This document shows, piece after piece, positions 45,080 through 58,112 of a stretch of 64,000 nucleotides of DNA. The stretch comes from Blasia pusilla (taxonomy: Eukaryota). Position 1 is the first letter of the stretch, and the number at the start of each line of letters is the position of its first letter. The DNA lies in contig CM114271.1 in NCBI GenBank assembly GCA_050084515.1, forward strand, positions 16,182,001 to 16,246,000. Direction: 5' to 3'. Position numbers and translations under genes: made by a program. The notes beneath the pieces were generated by a model. That model saw only the letters and a list, made by a program, of their open reading frames with translations, was not told the origin of the DNA and did no database searches.

Positions 45080-48000
45080 ATGTCGGGTCAGCCGATGTTT
45101 TTAGATGCCAAGAGGTTGCGGTTGTTGGGAATTCAGGTTAACAAACCTGAAAACGTGACTGGTCTTCTATCAGGCCACCAGGGCAATCTTCAGACATGGG
45201 TCAGCCCCATAGTACATAGCAGTTCTAGTTCAGATTTTTTTCTAGCTGATATTGTGTGCAAGCGCTTGCATCCTCACTCCATAATGTATTTGGATGAGTG
45301 GATTGTCTTAGGGTTTCCGTTGGAAACTTATAAGTGTCTAGAACATGCAGCGATAGATGCTAGATTTAATGTTGCATTCTCACCCAAGGCCCGGTTGGTG
45401 GGGGACCATGTATGGTTAGACTCTTACTTCCAAAAGAAGGGACAGACTGAATTTCTAGTGGTGGAAAACCAGGGAGGTAAGATGAATGTTGTCTGAATTA
45501 AGGACATTAAACATTTGATGGGGGCATCCAAGCAGAACATGCTTGCCAAGATTGTTTGTACAATCCGGTTAAAGAGGAGAGTGTCCACCTCTGATGAGAA
45601 GGACCCTGTTCCTTGGGTTATCAGAGTTACTCCTAAAAGTATCTACCTTATCGACCAGACTTATGTGGATGACAAAGTACCGATTGGGAATGAGCACATT
45701 TCAGATTTGTCCGAAGTACTGAGTTCCATGGCCCTTCTCAATTTAGCCCGGGGTATTTCTCGGTACCTTGTTCTCGAATTGTTTGTTTTATGGAGTTTAG
45801 CGTGATTACATTTACGGTACACCTAAATTCCTCATGCATGTATGTTGTTCCCCGTTGGCACGGCTAACCAATTCGAGTCTTTGTCGTCTTGTGTTTGGCA
45901 GGTAGTGGGGGCTCCTCAAGACCTTGACCACGTGGGCCATGTTAGGTATAGGGTAGAAGTAGGTTTTCTTATCTTTGTGGCCTTGACACATTTACATATT
46001 TCGGATTGTTGGGATGTTCATACAGATTCTTAGTGTGTCTGTATGAACTAGACATTCTGTCAACTTTTCAGATATAGATGACACGGTGACAAAACCAGGA
46101 AATCTTGCTTTAGGCTAAAGTATTATAGCCAAAACCTAGAATTTTCCTCCGATGGAATTAGAGGATATGTATCCTACAAATTTTGGTAGGAGCTTCGGGA
46201 TATGGATGCCAGAGGAATTCTGTATCTACATTCTAGATACTGAATTCTAGCTTACATTTTTTGCTTTCATTTTTAGAAGTATGTTTTTAAATTCCAACTT
46301 TGCATTCCAACTTTAAATTCCAACTATGCTTGTATATGTTGGTGCGTTTACATGTGAGTGAGAACTCGTTGTGGATACACTCCAGGTTGAAGCCCAACCA
46401 GCAAACATGTTTGCTGCATTTAGGGGCAAGAGTGTAGGTCCTCCAGAGAAACCAGCCGTACAAACCTCTCTTTGGCGGGACCCGGTCGAGTGGGTTCATT
46501 ATTGCTACTCAAAGGAGCATAAGCAATTTGTGTGCCTGTGCTCCAAGTGCATCGAGTACTTTCGTGGGCCAGAAACATTTAACTCGCACATTGCATCACA
46601 TTGGTTGAGGCCGGTGCCTGGAACACCAAGGGTGAGTGGTAAGAAGAAGGTGGAAGCAGACAATGACCGAGACGACATGGAGGATGAAGATGATGGTAAG
46701 GGTGTAGGACTAGAACTTTCATACGCAGTTAGTGAGATGGTAGCAATGTTTGGTGTATGTGCTTTATGATAGCCGAACTTCATTCATTTATGTTCCGCCT
46801 TATGCAGGGAACCAGGCTACCCCCATCTCCATCCAACTTGCGTCTGCGAGGCCCCGTGCAGCAACGATGGGCTTGTCGTAGAAAACAAAAGAAGGCTGCT
46901 CTCTTCAGTAAAGCAATAGAGCATTCCAAACGGTCAGCGGGCCCGTTTGTACCTATGCACATTTTGCCAGATCTTTTGATTGCTTTTGAGGGCTATAGGA
47001 CAAAAGAACACGGTCATACCTCATGGGCAGGTTTAGCTAGGATACATGAGTATGAGAAGGTCCGAGAGGAGTTAGAGGGTGCCCTTGTGTGCCCTACCAC
47101 CACTGGCACGGGATGGATTGAGTCGGGCCGCAGGCTTCTCACTTCTACTATCCCTGTAGATAGAGTTCAACGTTCCACCTACTGGAGATGCATGGCCACT
47201 TTCCATCATCTAGCCGCAGTGTGGATCATGGACAGACACGAACCGTATCGATGGGATGCTAGAGCCGAAACCAGGCAGCATCAGGTTGAACATTCCCTGC
47301 ATGTTCTAGATGAAATGCGCCGAGCACAAAGGCATGCATGGTACATCAATGAGGAGTACTACCTCCCACGCTTCAAGTTTAACTACAAGATCTGGAAAGA
47401 GAAGAGTAAACCTAGCATTCTTGCTAAGTTCAGGGAAAAAGTCTCTCGCATGTATGTGGATGGAGTCGGCTGCTCCCTTGCTGATGCGGTTGTCCGGGTA
47501 TAGTGTTGCTTCATTTCATGCAAATTTCTCAGTATGAATTGTTGAAGAGTTGTGAGTTCATGATTTCCCATTGTATCCCTTGTAATTCCGCATTGTCTCT
47601 AACAACTTCTAGATGTGCAGGGTGGCCTGGATGTGGAAATCATAGATTCCAGTGACTTTGACTATAGTGATACACATCTCCCAAGTCCCCAACCCACCAC
47701 GCATAGTACCGGGCGCCATGTGATACAGGAGGAGCAGACGCCAAGTGAGGGTGATGAGGAGGGTATTGCGGGAGATCATGTCGAGCAGAGTGAGGAGGAT
47801 ACTATTTTGGTTCAGATGCGGAGGAGACCAGTGACGCTTCGGACACGTAACTTCCATGGTGAAAAGGTGCAGAAGCGAGGTAAGGGTGCGGTAGGATCTC
47901 GGAAATCCCGACGATTGAATCGGGAAGTTGACGTCGAACTGGGTGAATCTAGCCCGGTCATGGATAGTCATGGGCTAGGTGATGAAGGCCCAATTGAAGA

Positions 48001-49173
48001 CTCGCATACCCCCGATGAAGTAGTCTTGCAGGCGGATCCACAAATCATGGAAAGAGCACCCAAGGGCATGACTAAAGAAGAAAAAGCCCGAAGGAGGAGG
48101 ATGATGATGGCTTCACAACAGGTGTCTTGCATTCTGCTCAATTCGGTCGATGACATTTTTTTATTGTATGTCTTCGGACCATCTCCAGTAATTGTGCTTG
48201 TGTTGATATGTTGTAATGTGTTCAGAACCCTGCAGATGGGACTCTTAAGGACCGGGGCACAAGCCATGAAGACCCTTTGGTCTTACCTTCGCAGGACGGT
48301 ATTGAAGGGATTAGTGCCGATGAATTTCAGGCCACACCTTTACCCGAGTTCTGCACTCTAGCATTGCGGCCTTTGGATGGCATGTCTCCAAGTCCTTGAC
48401 CACCACGGGGAATGACATTTTGGTGAGTGTGTAGATGTATCATGCGATTTCACTGTTATGATTATCCTTTCATCTGGTGATTGGCATTTAATCTCTCAGA
48501 CCTGTGTGTGAACTTTCATTGCAGAGGTTGATGTATATTTTGCGCCCTTGTCATACTTTTTGATGTGTTTCCATGGCGATTATGACGACATACCTTTGGA
48601 CCACTCGCAAGTAATGTGTCACTTTTCTCTTTGGTCTTACTTTCCCTGGTGTCAATTCTTTACAAATGTGTTGTGTATATGACGGTTACTACTATCTGAA
48701 CATGCTTGTGTAGCGTATGTGTGTGCATGTGACTTTCTACAGAAATTTTCAAGCATTGTGGCAGGAGTTCATATCATCATATTTTGCGGATGTTTAGGAC
48801 TTAGTTCATGATCAGGGAGATTCCTTAGAGTAAGTATAGGAGAGTTCCTACCTGGCACGTAGGCTGTGAAGTTCTGTCTTTCTGCTTTGGACAAACCAGA
48901 AACGGGCAGATTTCTGTTCTTAATGTATGGCCTTATGGTTCTTCTATTTTGTGCAGGTGCAATGCAGGCCGTTTGGTGTATCGTCAGGGCACATTTTCCC
49001 TTACCATTTTTTGTGTTATGAAGGTCTATCCAAGAAGGTTAGGTTACCTTAGTTGGGCTATAGGTCATGGTCTGCTGAACTATTGTGGACGAAATGGTAT
49101 GGACCAAAAGGATACCATTGTCAATCAAATTAATCATACAACTTGCAGAGCTATTCTTGATCTTTGTCCCTAA
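45080..49173 (+). CDS. Multi-exon accessory gene of the MULE, unknown function; boundaries approximate and possibly degraded
   Basis: Successive plus-strand ORFs (45080, 45515, 46371, 46757, 47615) lie between short T-rich segments with GT/AG ends. They include a C2H2-like motif CSKCIEYFRGPETFNSHIASH, acidic stretches and basic NLS-like runs. Confidence 0.55.
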
Positions 49174-50232
49174 GATTGTACTCTTGAATGATACCTAAAC
49201 AAATTCCTCCTTACCTTATTCTGATGTGTCTTACATGTTATTAATGATCACATGTGCTTCCACCTGTAATTGGTGGTAAACTTTGTAATCCACAATGGAT
49301 CAATGTATGAACACCACGCTTGTCGATTCCTGAATTTCCAAGAAAGTGAAGCACTCATGTGTAATCAGCTCATGAATAGATAGAGTCCATGATACCCTGT
49401 TCAAAAATAAAAGACAAATGGTTGAAACACTCAGAGCAAATACAAGTTTAGTGATCATAAATGCAGTGACACGAAAAATGTATGAACAAAGAAATGTAGG
49501 TGTTCATTCATGAACACCTCAAAGGCTGTGTTTCAAGGGCATTCGCTTCATACATCGGACTATAAATTCTAGCCTTCTTGTTGCGTATCCCCCAGTCGTC
49601 AATCCACTGTGACAATCTTGGTTAGACACGATTTTAATCAAGCCCTAATTAGGGGAAGGTCACCTCACACCGCTAAATGTTTACGAAGAGGCACAACCCT
49701 CAGGGGTAGAGCTCGTGGGCCTTCTGAGGTGTTTTTTTTAGTTACTACTATAGAAGTAGTCAGAACTATATTACAGAAGTTCTCTAAAATTGACACAAGC
49801 GCGTGGCGGTGCGGACATGCCCCTAAACGCGAAGCGCACGGTGTTGCGAACGTGGTTCGGGTACAAACATACCTCATACGTTTACTACGGATTGAATCCA
49901 TAGAAAACCGATTGTGGTAATTACTAAGGTTTGGATGCTTGAATATTAATTGAATTGGGTTCGCATACAACTATTACTATACAAAACCGTGAAGACAGGT
50001 TACTATGGTTCACAATATGGCCTACACGATGGTTACTATGGTTTGGATGTTTGTGTAAAAACATAACATGATTGCTCACCGTACATGAAAATGGGACATG
50101 GTGGACATGAACATGAGAAGGGAACACATTTCTCATATGTAAACATCCGGGCCTTACATAAAAAATACATTTTTTTTGTTGAACACCAGATTTCTTGTGT
50201 TCTGTGGCTAATATGTGAAATTCGGAAATGCT

Positions 50233-53200
50233 TCATGAATCATGAATCTGGGAATCCTGTACTACATACAAATTATCGGGTCTTCTTGAGTACTCATCCA
50301 TTTGACTACCCTCCGCACCATATCGCTTTTCATCCAACAAACTATCAAGTATGACATCTGCAGTGGTTCTCTTAGTAGTAGTGCTGATTTTGTAGTTCTT
50401 ATGTGGCCTTGTATCTACCAGAGGCCATTCTGATTGTTGAGTATTCTCCTTAGTTGCCTCGCTTTCATATTGGCTCACGATAGCATCCAAATCGAGATGA
50501 TTACATGCATCTGCTTCCAATTCTGCCTCCATGTTCAGATATTTTGATCGTTTCACTCTGGGAAAGGACTCCACCTGATTCATTATTGCTTGGGGTTGAT
50601 TCTTCCGTATGGAACGTGTGGAATGTGAATTCCTTCTCTGATGCATCCGCTCAATCCAACCCATCCGCCGACGCAGCTGACGATCTTGAGAATTGCCTCC
50701 AATAAAGGGTTCAGGGAAATGTTGTCCAATGTTCATTAAATTTTCTAGAAGTTCTGTGTTCGTCTCTATCGGCGCCTTCAGGTTCAGAAGTGAGTCCATA
50801 TCCTTCTACAAAAGTACATACAAATGTTCAAGAAGAACATTGCACAATGGGACTCCAATGGTTGTGGCCAAGCATTTTTCCACCATCTCTCGAACATCTT
50901 CTTGAGTTGTTGCTTGTGATACAACTGTAGGAGTAGTAGCTTGCACCTCTTCTGGATAACCAACACCGTAAGACAAGTCTGATTCCACTGGTGTGTCTCC
51001 ATGTTGCTCCTGTGCATGCCTTTGCACCATGTTTTCCAACCCACCAGCTTTGCTACCAAAACGTGTGCCAAGGAAAGAAAACAACTCTACTTCAGAGTGC
51101 CCACTCAACAAGAAGCACTTTACCTGATACAATTTAAAAAGTCTTAGTAGGCTGCATGTAAAATCCTTGTACATCTAGTGCAAGAATAAGACATACTTAA
51201 TACATAAGACTGTTTGATTTCATGTGGGACTATAGCTTGGTCACCAAATCCGGGGTGCAAGAAACACACTTGATGTTTGCACGTGAATCCTTCATTGGCA
51301 CGAGAGCATGTACAAGCAACATCTTTCTTGTCGTAGTCAACCACATCATGCCAATAGTCGGGCTTGGAGCAACTCTTCACCATTGCGCATTTCCTCCCAT
51401 CTACCAATTAAAATGTGACATGGCTCTCTGGGATATCATTTGCCCTTCTAATAGCCATGAGCATGACTTTCTAGATTGCCTTGTTCCTCACCATACCCTC
51501 TCGTTTCAAAAATCCCAAGTACCAAAAGAAATCTTCTATTTCCCCGCATAAGATCTGCACAAGCCATATGAGCTTCCTGGTGGGTTTTGTAGGCATGCTA
51601 GAAGTGAGATGCATCTTCAGAGTGTGGTGCCACCTTTCTATCGCGGCATTTGTATCTTGGTTGGATCTTGCATGCTTACGATAACCCTTTGCCCAAGTAA
51701 TAATCTTAGGATGCCAATAGTTTAAATAGTATTTCACAAAGTGACGTTCAGTTGCAGCCCACTTGCGCATGAAACGATACGAGATATCCATAGGATCTGG
51801 GACAGAAAAACATTGCTTAATTAATATGAACCCTACTCCCACAACGGACATAGCTGAGAAACAATGAAACAAACTACTATTATTGACTCGCATAGAACAT
51901 ACCTTCTTCACGTGAGTACATGATACCACCCAAGTCTCTGTTCATGTCTGCTTTTGTAATTGGACAGCGGACTCGTTGGTGCAATTTCTTTAACCAATTC
52001 TTCCTTACATGCCATAGACACAGGTCTATGGGAACATCAGGGAAGACTTCTCTGATTGCAGATTGTTCCTCTTTGGAGTCGTCAACTATGAAGCATGACG
52101 GTTTCCAACCGGCGCTACCAACCGACGCAAAATCTCTTGTCATATATGTATCAGCCCAATCCTTGATATGGGCCAATGCATCCACTAGATCCCGATGTTG
52201 ATGCCTCTGTAAAATGGCCCATACTAGAGGTAATCCGTTCTGAAACTTGTCAAAACCCAAAGAACGTGAATAGCGAGCATGTGAACATAGAAAAGAGTGT
52301 GTTCAGGAATCCGATTGTTCATGTACGTATCTATTAAAGTGAACACAACGTTCCAGATGTTACCATTTTTTCCAGATCGTGCAGCAACTGTCAAATGATA
52401 CCACAAAAGTAATGTAGCCTATAAACTCATGTAAGAGAATGACATTACAGTTCTAAGGCCCTGAAATTACCTCATATGTGTTTGTGCCATGAGTGGCATC
52501 CATGGAGATGGCTCCACCATTACCAAGATGCAAAAGATTCTGAAGCATCCAAGGTGTGGAAATGACCAAGATGAAAGGTTGGCCTAAACTTGAAATGGCC
52601 TCCATGTAGTGTATGACATTTTCAGGATGAGCTGCAACCCAATGTTGGATTGCAGTGGCGTCATCGGTTCCATCATACCCCCCTTCGCGACTTCGCATTG
52701 AATGCTTGATATTAAGGATATCTTGTGGTTTTAACATAGTGTCCCTGCCCCAAGCTTGTGCCTGATTAGGATTATCGTGAATGTGTTCACGAATCCATCT
52801 CCTATGCTCCTTCATGATATTTAAGGGGCTCACGTTCACTCGCAATAACCGTTCAACAAAATCCCTACAATGAGAACTCAACTTCGAGGCAACAATTGCA
52901 TTCGCAATGTCCGTAGTCCAGTCTAAGTCCCCATGGTATATACAGCCCGCCTTATCGACATGCTTGGAATGCATATGCCTCAACATAGACACCCAGGGCG
53001 GTCCTTTGAGGTTACAACGGCAAAGTGAAATTGGCATCCACGTCCCTGAGACAGCCCAAGCCGTGTACTTTGGCTTTCTGGCCTACTACCCTTACCTCCC
53101 TTGCAGCGCAGCGCAGGTTTGAATCAAAAACCTCACTTGGCATAGAGGTCCAGGCAATATTCCTATGATCCTGGGGTCCATATGAACACCAGTATCAAAC

Positions 53201-53428
53201 TGTAACATGTATGTTCCCTGATTTTTCGGTATTCCTTTTCCTAAATGTGGTATGGAAATGTGGTCTTTGTTCTTCACCATGAATGAAGTCTTCAACCCTA
53301 TCCGAGGGAATCCATGCCTCTTTTCCATTGCCATACCAAATCAAATGCTGGCTCAAAAAAGGACCAGGGAGAGGGTTTTGGATAACATCGCATTCAAATG
53401 CAGCTGAATATTTCTTGAATTTCACCAT
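50233..53428 (-). pseudogene. MULE transposase with SWIM zinc finger (intron-containing, with apparent frameshifts in the 5' part)
   Basis: DDE motifs ISMDATHGTN, CFIVDD and DTNAAIERWH; CxxH motif LCLWHV; SWIM CTCSRANEGFTCKHQ. Confidence 0.88.
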
Positions 53429-54643
53429 GGCTATAATCTGTTCAGGGATTCAAGTGCAGGCTTCAAGTGCAGGCTCCAATTAAAGTGCAGACTTCAAGTG
53501 CAGGCTTCAAGTGTGAATTCTGTCCATTCGACCTGGGCAAGACCGTACAGTACATAAATGGAACCGAACACCAAAATTATAGTGCACATAATAATAGACA
53601 TGTTTTCCTGGATTACGATCTAAGCTTTTTTCTATCACCATGACCGAATGTGGCACCAATAGCTACTTACGTGCAAATTGGCAAATGATACTCACGGACG
53701 CAAATAATCTCTTACATGAAAAAGTTACGGAGTGGACCCCATCCGCCTAATCCGGCTTGTAATCCGTGGTCCGTAGCTCGTAATCAATCAAGTTAGAAGC
53801 GTTCGAGTTAGAACTAATCAAGCTCGTAATGAAATGCTAATCCGCTCTTAATCAGCTAATCACGGTCTCCGCATACAAAGCGCTCTTCCTCGTTCCGTGT
53901 TTCTCCTTGCGCGCTCTTCGTCCGGCCACGTAATCCGCTCGTAATCAAATGCTAATCCCTCCGTGTTTGGTTTCTACCGCTCTTCTCCGTTCATTCCAAA
54001 ATGATCGAATCCCCTAATTCCCGCCCTAATACCCGTCGACAAATTCCGTCATTTGAACCGGACCGAACGTAGTCCGTTCCGCGCCGTCCGTCTGTTTCGC
54101 GCCGTCCGTTTAGCACTGTCCGTTTAGATCCGTCCGTCTCCGGACGTTGTCCTCCCTGTCCTCCGTCGCGACCTCTCCATCCCGGGGCTCCTGAACCTAA
54201 AGCGTGGGCCCGACCTAGCTCGAGGTAGGCGCTACCCTACGCGCATTGATTGCCTTTCGGGACAAACTATGGCCTTCGGCCGAAAATCAGATTCCATAAA
54301 CACTCTATTAGAAACCTTCAATTTGGCAACCATCCTTATCTTAGTAAAAAGGAAACTTGACACAAATAATAGAATATAGTTGCTATTGGCACATAGTAAA
54401 TAAATGCATGCAAACCTTTGAAAGGGCCTACATGTAAATAATCCAACATCCAATAATCCACAAGATGTCCTTGAAGAAAGTGTCCCTTTCTTGACGACAA
54501 ATATAACAATCATGGAAGATTTCGTCATGAGAAGAAAGTATTTTATTATCATGAATCCATCCAAAAAGGGAATGAAAATTTGTAAAAGACAAGTTCATAT
54601 GTTTTTGTTTTTCAAAAATTTCATACCTTTCTTACTATGAGTA

Positions 54644-55707
54644 TCTAGACTAATTTATTATCAAACGTCTTCACGTCCATTAATGACTCCAATGAGTATC
54701 TAATAGAGCACAAATGATTCTTGCATAAATTTGTCACACCAAAAACCCATAAAAGTTCCATTTTGGATTATCGCCGGTTCCCTCGCTGAAGAATTTTAAT
54801 ATGCAGAAAACCGAGGGTTAACATTGTCCTCTAAATCACATCTTTCTCCCCTTCTGAATAAGTAAATAATTATTCCGCCTTGTGATTAAAGGGTGTTGCG
54901 TATGTTGCTTCTCTCCTCTCTATGCTTGTCTCTTTTCGTTGAAGCATGAGTAAACGTTTAAATTAAAATAAATAAATTAGGAATGGCTGCCAACGTTTGC
55001 ATATTGTAAATTCACGTCTACGTGGGAAATCGCGAGGAAATGCGAAACAAATTTGATTAAAAAATCACTATTTTAAGACAAAAGGAAAGAATCTACGTTG
55101 TTGGAACATGGGAAAAATTACTAAAAATAGTAAAATTAAAAAATACTTTTTTTGTTTTCATTTATTCGGAAGAAAATTTTAAATCAATTTACTGTAATAA
55201 TAAACGTTCAAGTAAGAGTTTATTTCCAGAAAATACCTTCACGACACTTCCGAAATTTTCATGTTCTTGTACGGGAGAGGAGAATTCTATGGCAATTTTC
55301 TTGGAAAAGTTTAATTAATGAAAAAGAGAAAATGGTACCATCCACCTTGGGTCGAGAAGATATTTTGATATACACATTGATATCACTCGTGGTTGAAATT
55401 TCCCCAGCTCTCACTGGTTTTTATAAAATTAGCAAAAGAAATAACTTTCCATCATGAATTTCTCACAGCTTTGTATTGCTCTGAAAAATCTTCAAAATTA
55501 GAGGTGCGGTTTGGAAAATAAAGAAGGTCACGAAGTAAGATAACAAAAATGAAGATTTCTTGTTGAAAATCTATACGGTTAAGAGAAGATGAGAGATAAG
55601 AGAAACCTCCTCCCCCGTTGGATTTTTTTTTATCGACACCTACTAGACTTAAAAATTAGATTATAGACGTAAATTTTTTTCCTCGTATAACACGGGCATC
55701 ATACTAG
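54644..55707 (+). mobile_element. Probable non-autonomous Helitron
   Basis: Begins A|TCTAGACTAATTTATTA. Ends with a short imperfect hairpin CCTCGTATAACACGGG followed by CATCATACTAG|T. Insertion is between A and T, with an AT-rich non-coding interior. Confidence 0.6.
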
Positions 55708-58112
55708 TCTCAAGAAATGCATGTGACACGATTTTAAGCGAAAACTTGAAATACATGTGGCGAGAGTTTCAAATTCTTCGTAGATGCCTTTCTCCGGCAC
55801 TCTCGTAATTTTCATGGTCACATAACATAAAATAAAAAAAATTGGAAATCACAGAAGAGAAAGAAGGAAATTAGAGTTGCAATTACGGGATAAGACGGAA
55901 AAGCTTCTAGAAGACAGGCGGAATTTTGATGTTCTTGTACCTCTCGGGGCCGTGTAGCATGCGGCGTTGTCGTCGGCAGTCAAAAGGAATCCCTGTCCGA
56001 GGATTCTTTTAGTTTACAGCGGAAAGCGATGAAGATGAGCACCAAATACACGAATTCCCCACATTCCCGACTATGAAAACCGGGAAAGTCAATTTCACGG
56101 GCGACGGAGGCGGATGACTGTGGAAGGAAGGAAAGCTGTCCTGCTGGTTGGTGGGGCTCCATCACCGTACTGCAAAAACAAGAGTCCGCACGCAGTATTC
56201 ATCACTTATTTCTCGTAGCTTCAGGACGGTAAATACACCTTGAATTCTGTCAGTTTGTGTGTATTGGAGCTTATTTTTTTCAGTATTGGTACGTTCTCTC
56301 TCTCTCTCTCTTTTCTCTCCGTATAAGGGCATTTCGAGGACTACAGGTGTGGTAAAGCTCTTGAATAGAGTATGTACTGTAGTTCTAGATACGATACACG
56401 TCCCGAGAAAGGACAAGAATTACTTACTGTACCGGAAATTGTGCGGACTTAGTTTAGCAGTAGTGTAGGGTTAACGGGAGAAAGGTGATGGGGCGGAGGA
56501 CCGAGGTGGTGCTGCACAGACAGAAAGGGGAGGAAGAGTCCAAATCTGCACATGAGGTGCACGGCGGTAGGAGCAAAGCAGGCTGCGCGGAGGCAGATCG
56601 GGTCGAAGTATGGAAATGGGACGTGATTGGAGTGCGACAGAGGGGATCCGAAAGTGAGGCAAGACGTGAATGATGAAATTGGGAGTGTAATGAATGAGGG
56701 AATTGTTAGATCGAGCGAGATACTGGACAACACGCAGTGATGAGGTGGTGGAGGTTGAGGAGGGGTGGAAGTGCTTAGAGGTGTAGTGCGCTGGAGCTAA
56801 GCCCCCGGAGCCGCATGGAAGAGTTTGATATTTAAAGAAAGAGATAGCGAGTCTCCCGGCCTCTTGGACTTGATAACAACGTCGAAAAGAGGTTGGGGCC
56901 TGGATCGCAATTCGCCTGAGAGTCGAACACAGGCTTTAAGCATTTTCGTCAATTCCTTCTCAGGTTTGTAAACAGTCACGGAGAATCTCTCCATCAATCC
57001 ACGTATGTTACTCGAAAGGACATTGTAGCTGGTGATCCGATCGACTCTTTTAAGTTTAAGACGTACATATTTGCTTTGTGGTAAGCGTAGTTGTACGATC
57101 CATGTTCTTCCTCACTGTGAATGCTCTGGTTTCTTTTACTTTCCATCTGAGATTGGTGCTGGGCTCATTATATCAACCCTCTATGCGTATTTCTTGTCCT
57201 CTTTTCTAATCCACTGTCTACGTTCGGCCGAGTTTGGGTGGTAAAGATCCGAAGACCTTGCCTCGCAGCAAGCGGATCGCGGTATGTAGTACGTTTGCAG
57301 AACTTTTCAAATCCATTTCTGGAGAGCAATTTACAGAGATGCGCGGTTTCCTCTACTCGTTTCATCGATTTACTTTGATTGTCGCTTCAGCTCGCGGAAA
57401 GGAGTAGATGTGGCAGTAGTTGGTTTCTGATTCGTTGGATCGAATGAGGCACTGAACGATCTGTGTATCAGTTTCCGTACTACAAGTTGATGTCGTGGTC
57501 CGATCGGATCTCCTATCTGTTAAGGATGGGTACTTTTGTTCAATTATTCTTGTCATATTTGCCCGTCAATGATGTTAATTGTGTTCGTGTGGTAGTAAAC
57601 CTCCGGTTTCGTGAGAGTGTGTCTATTAGTTTGATTCACGGTTCGAGAATGTCCTCTGCCCTGAGATGGAGTGTTGTCGACCCGTTGCAAAAGACAAGTT
57701 CAAGATGGATGGGCATGCTTCCCGATCTTAGTTACTTAGCGCGGTTGCCCGGTATATTGTCGGGTTGAATTCCTTTCCTCTCTTCACTCTTTGGTTTCGG
57801 CACCATGTGGGGCGAGCTCCATTTCGCTTTCGGCGGAGTCGAATCTTGAGCCATGTGCACCTGAAGGTGTAGTAGTTGTTAGGCAAATTTTGGAGGGGTC
57901 TTGAAATCGAGTTCTGTTAGAGCTGTGGTGATGACGTAGCACGTCTCGATGGAGCTTTGTCACGTGACACTGATTTTTCAGATCGTTCTTGATGTAGATC
58001 AAGGGAAGACAAATGTGACGCCCGTGACCTGTCCGTGTCCCTTGTTTATGGGCGTGTTGTTTCTCTGATGCGGGGGCTAATACTGAATTGAATTCTGTAG
58101 GGACTTCAAGCC

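Larger units (their letters stand above)
41648..54278. mobile_element. Full-length Mutator-like (MULE) DNA transposon, 12.6 kb
   Basis: ~125-bp imperfect TIRs (41648-~41775 and ~54151-54278; CGAAG.CCATAGTT...GAGCCCCGGGATGGAGAGGTCGCGACGGAGGA), an exact 8-bp TSD GCCGAAAA (41640-41647 and 54279-54286), and an internal MULE transposase. Confidence 0.92.
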
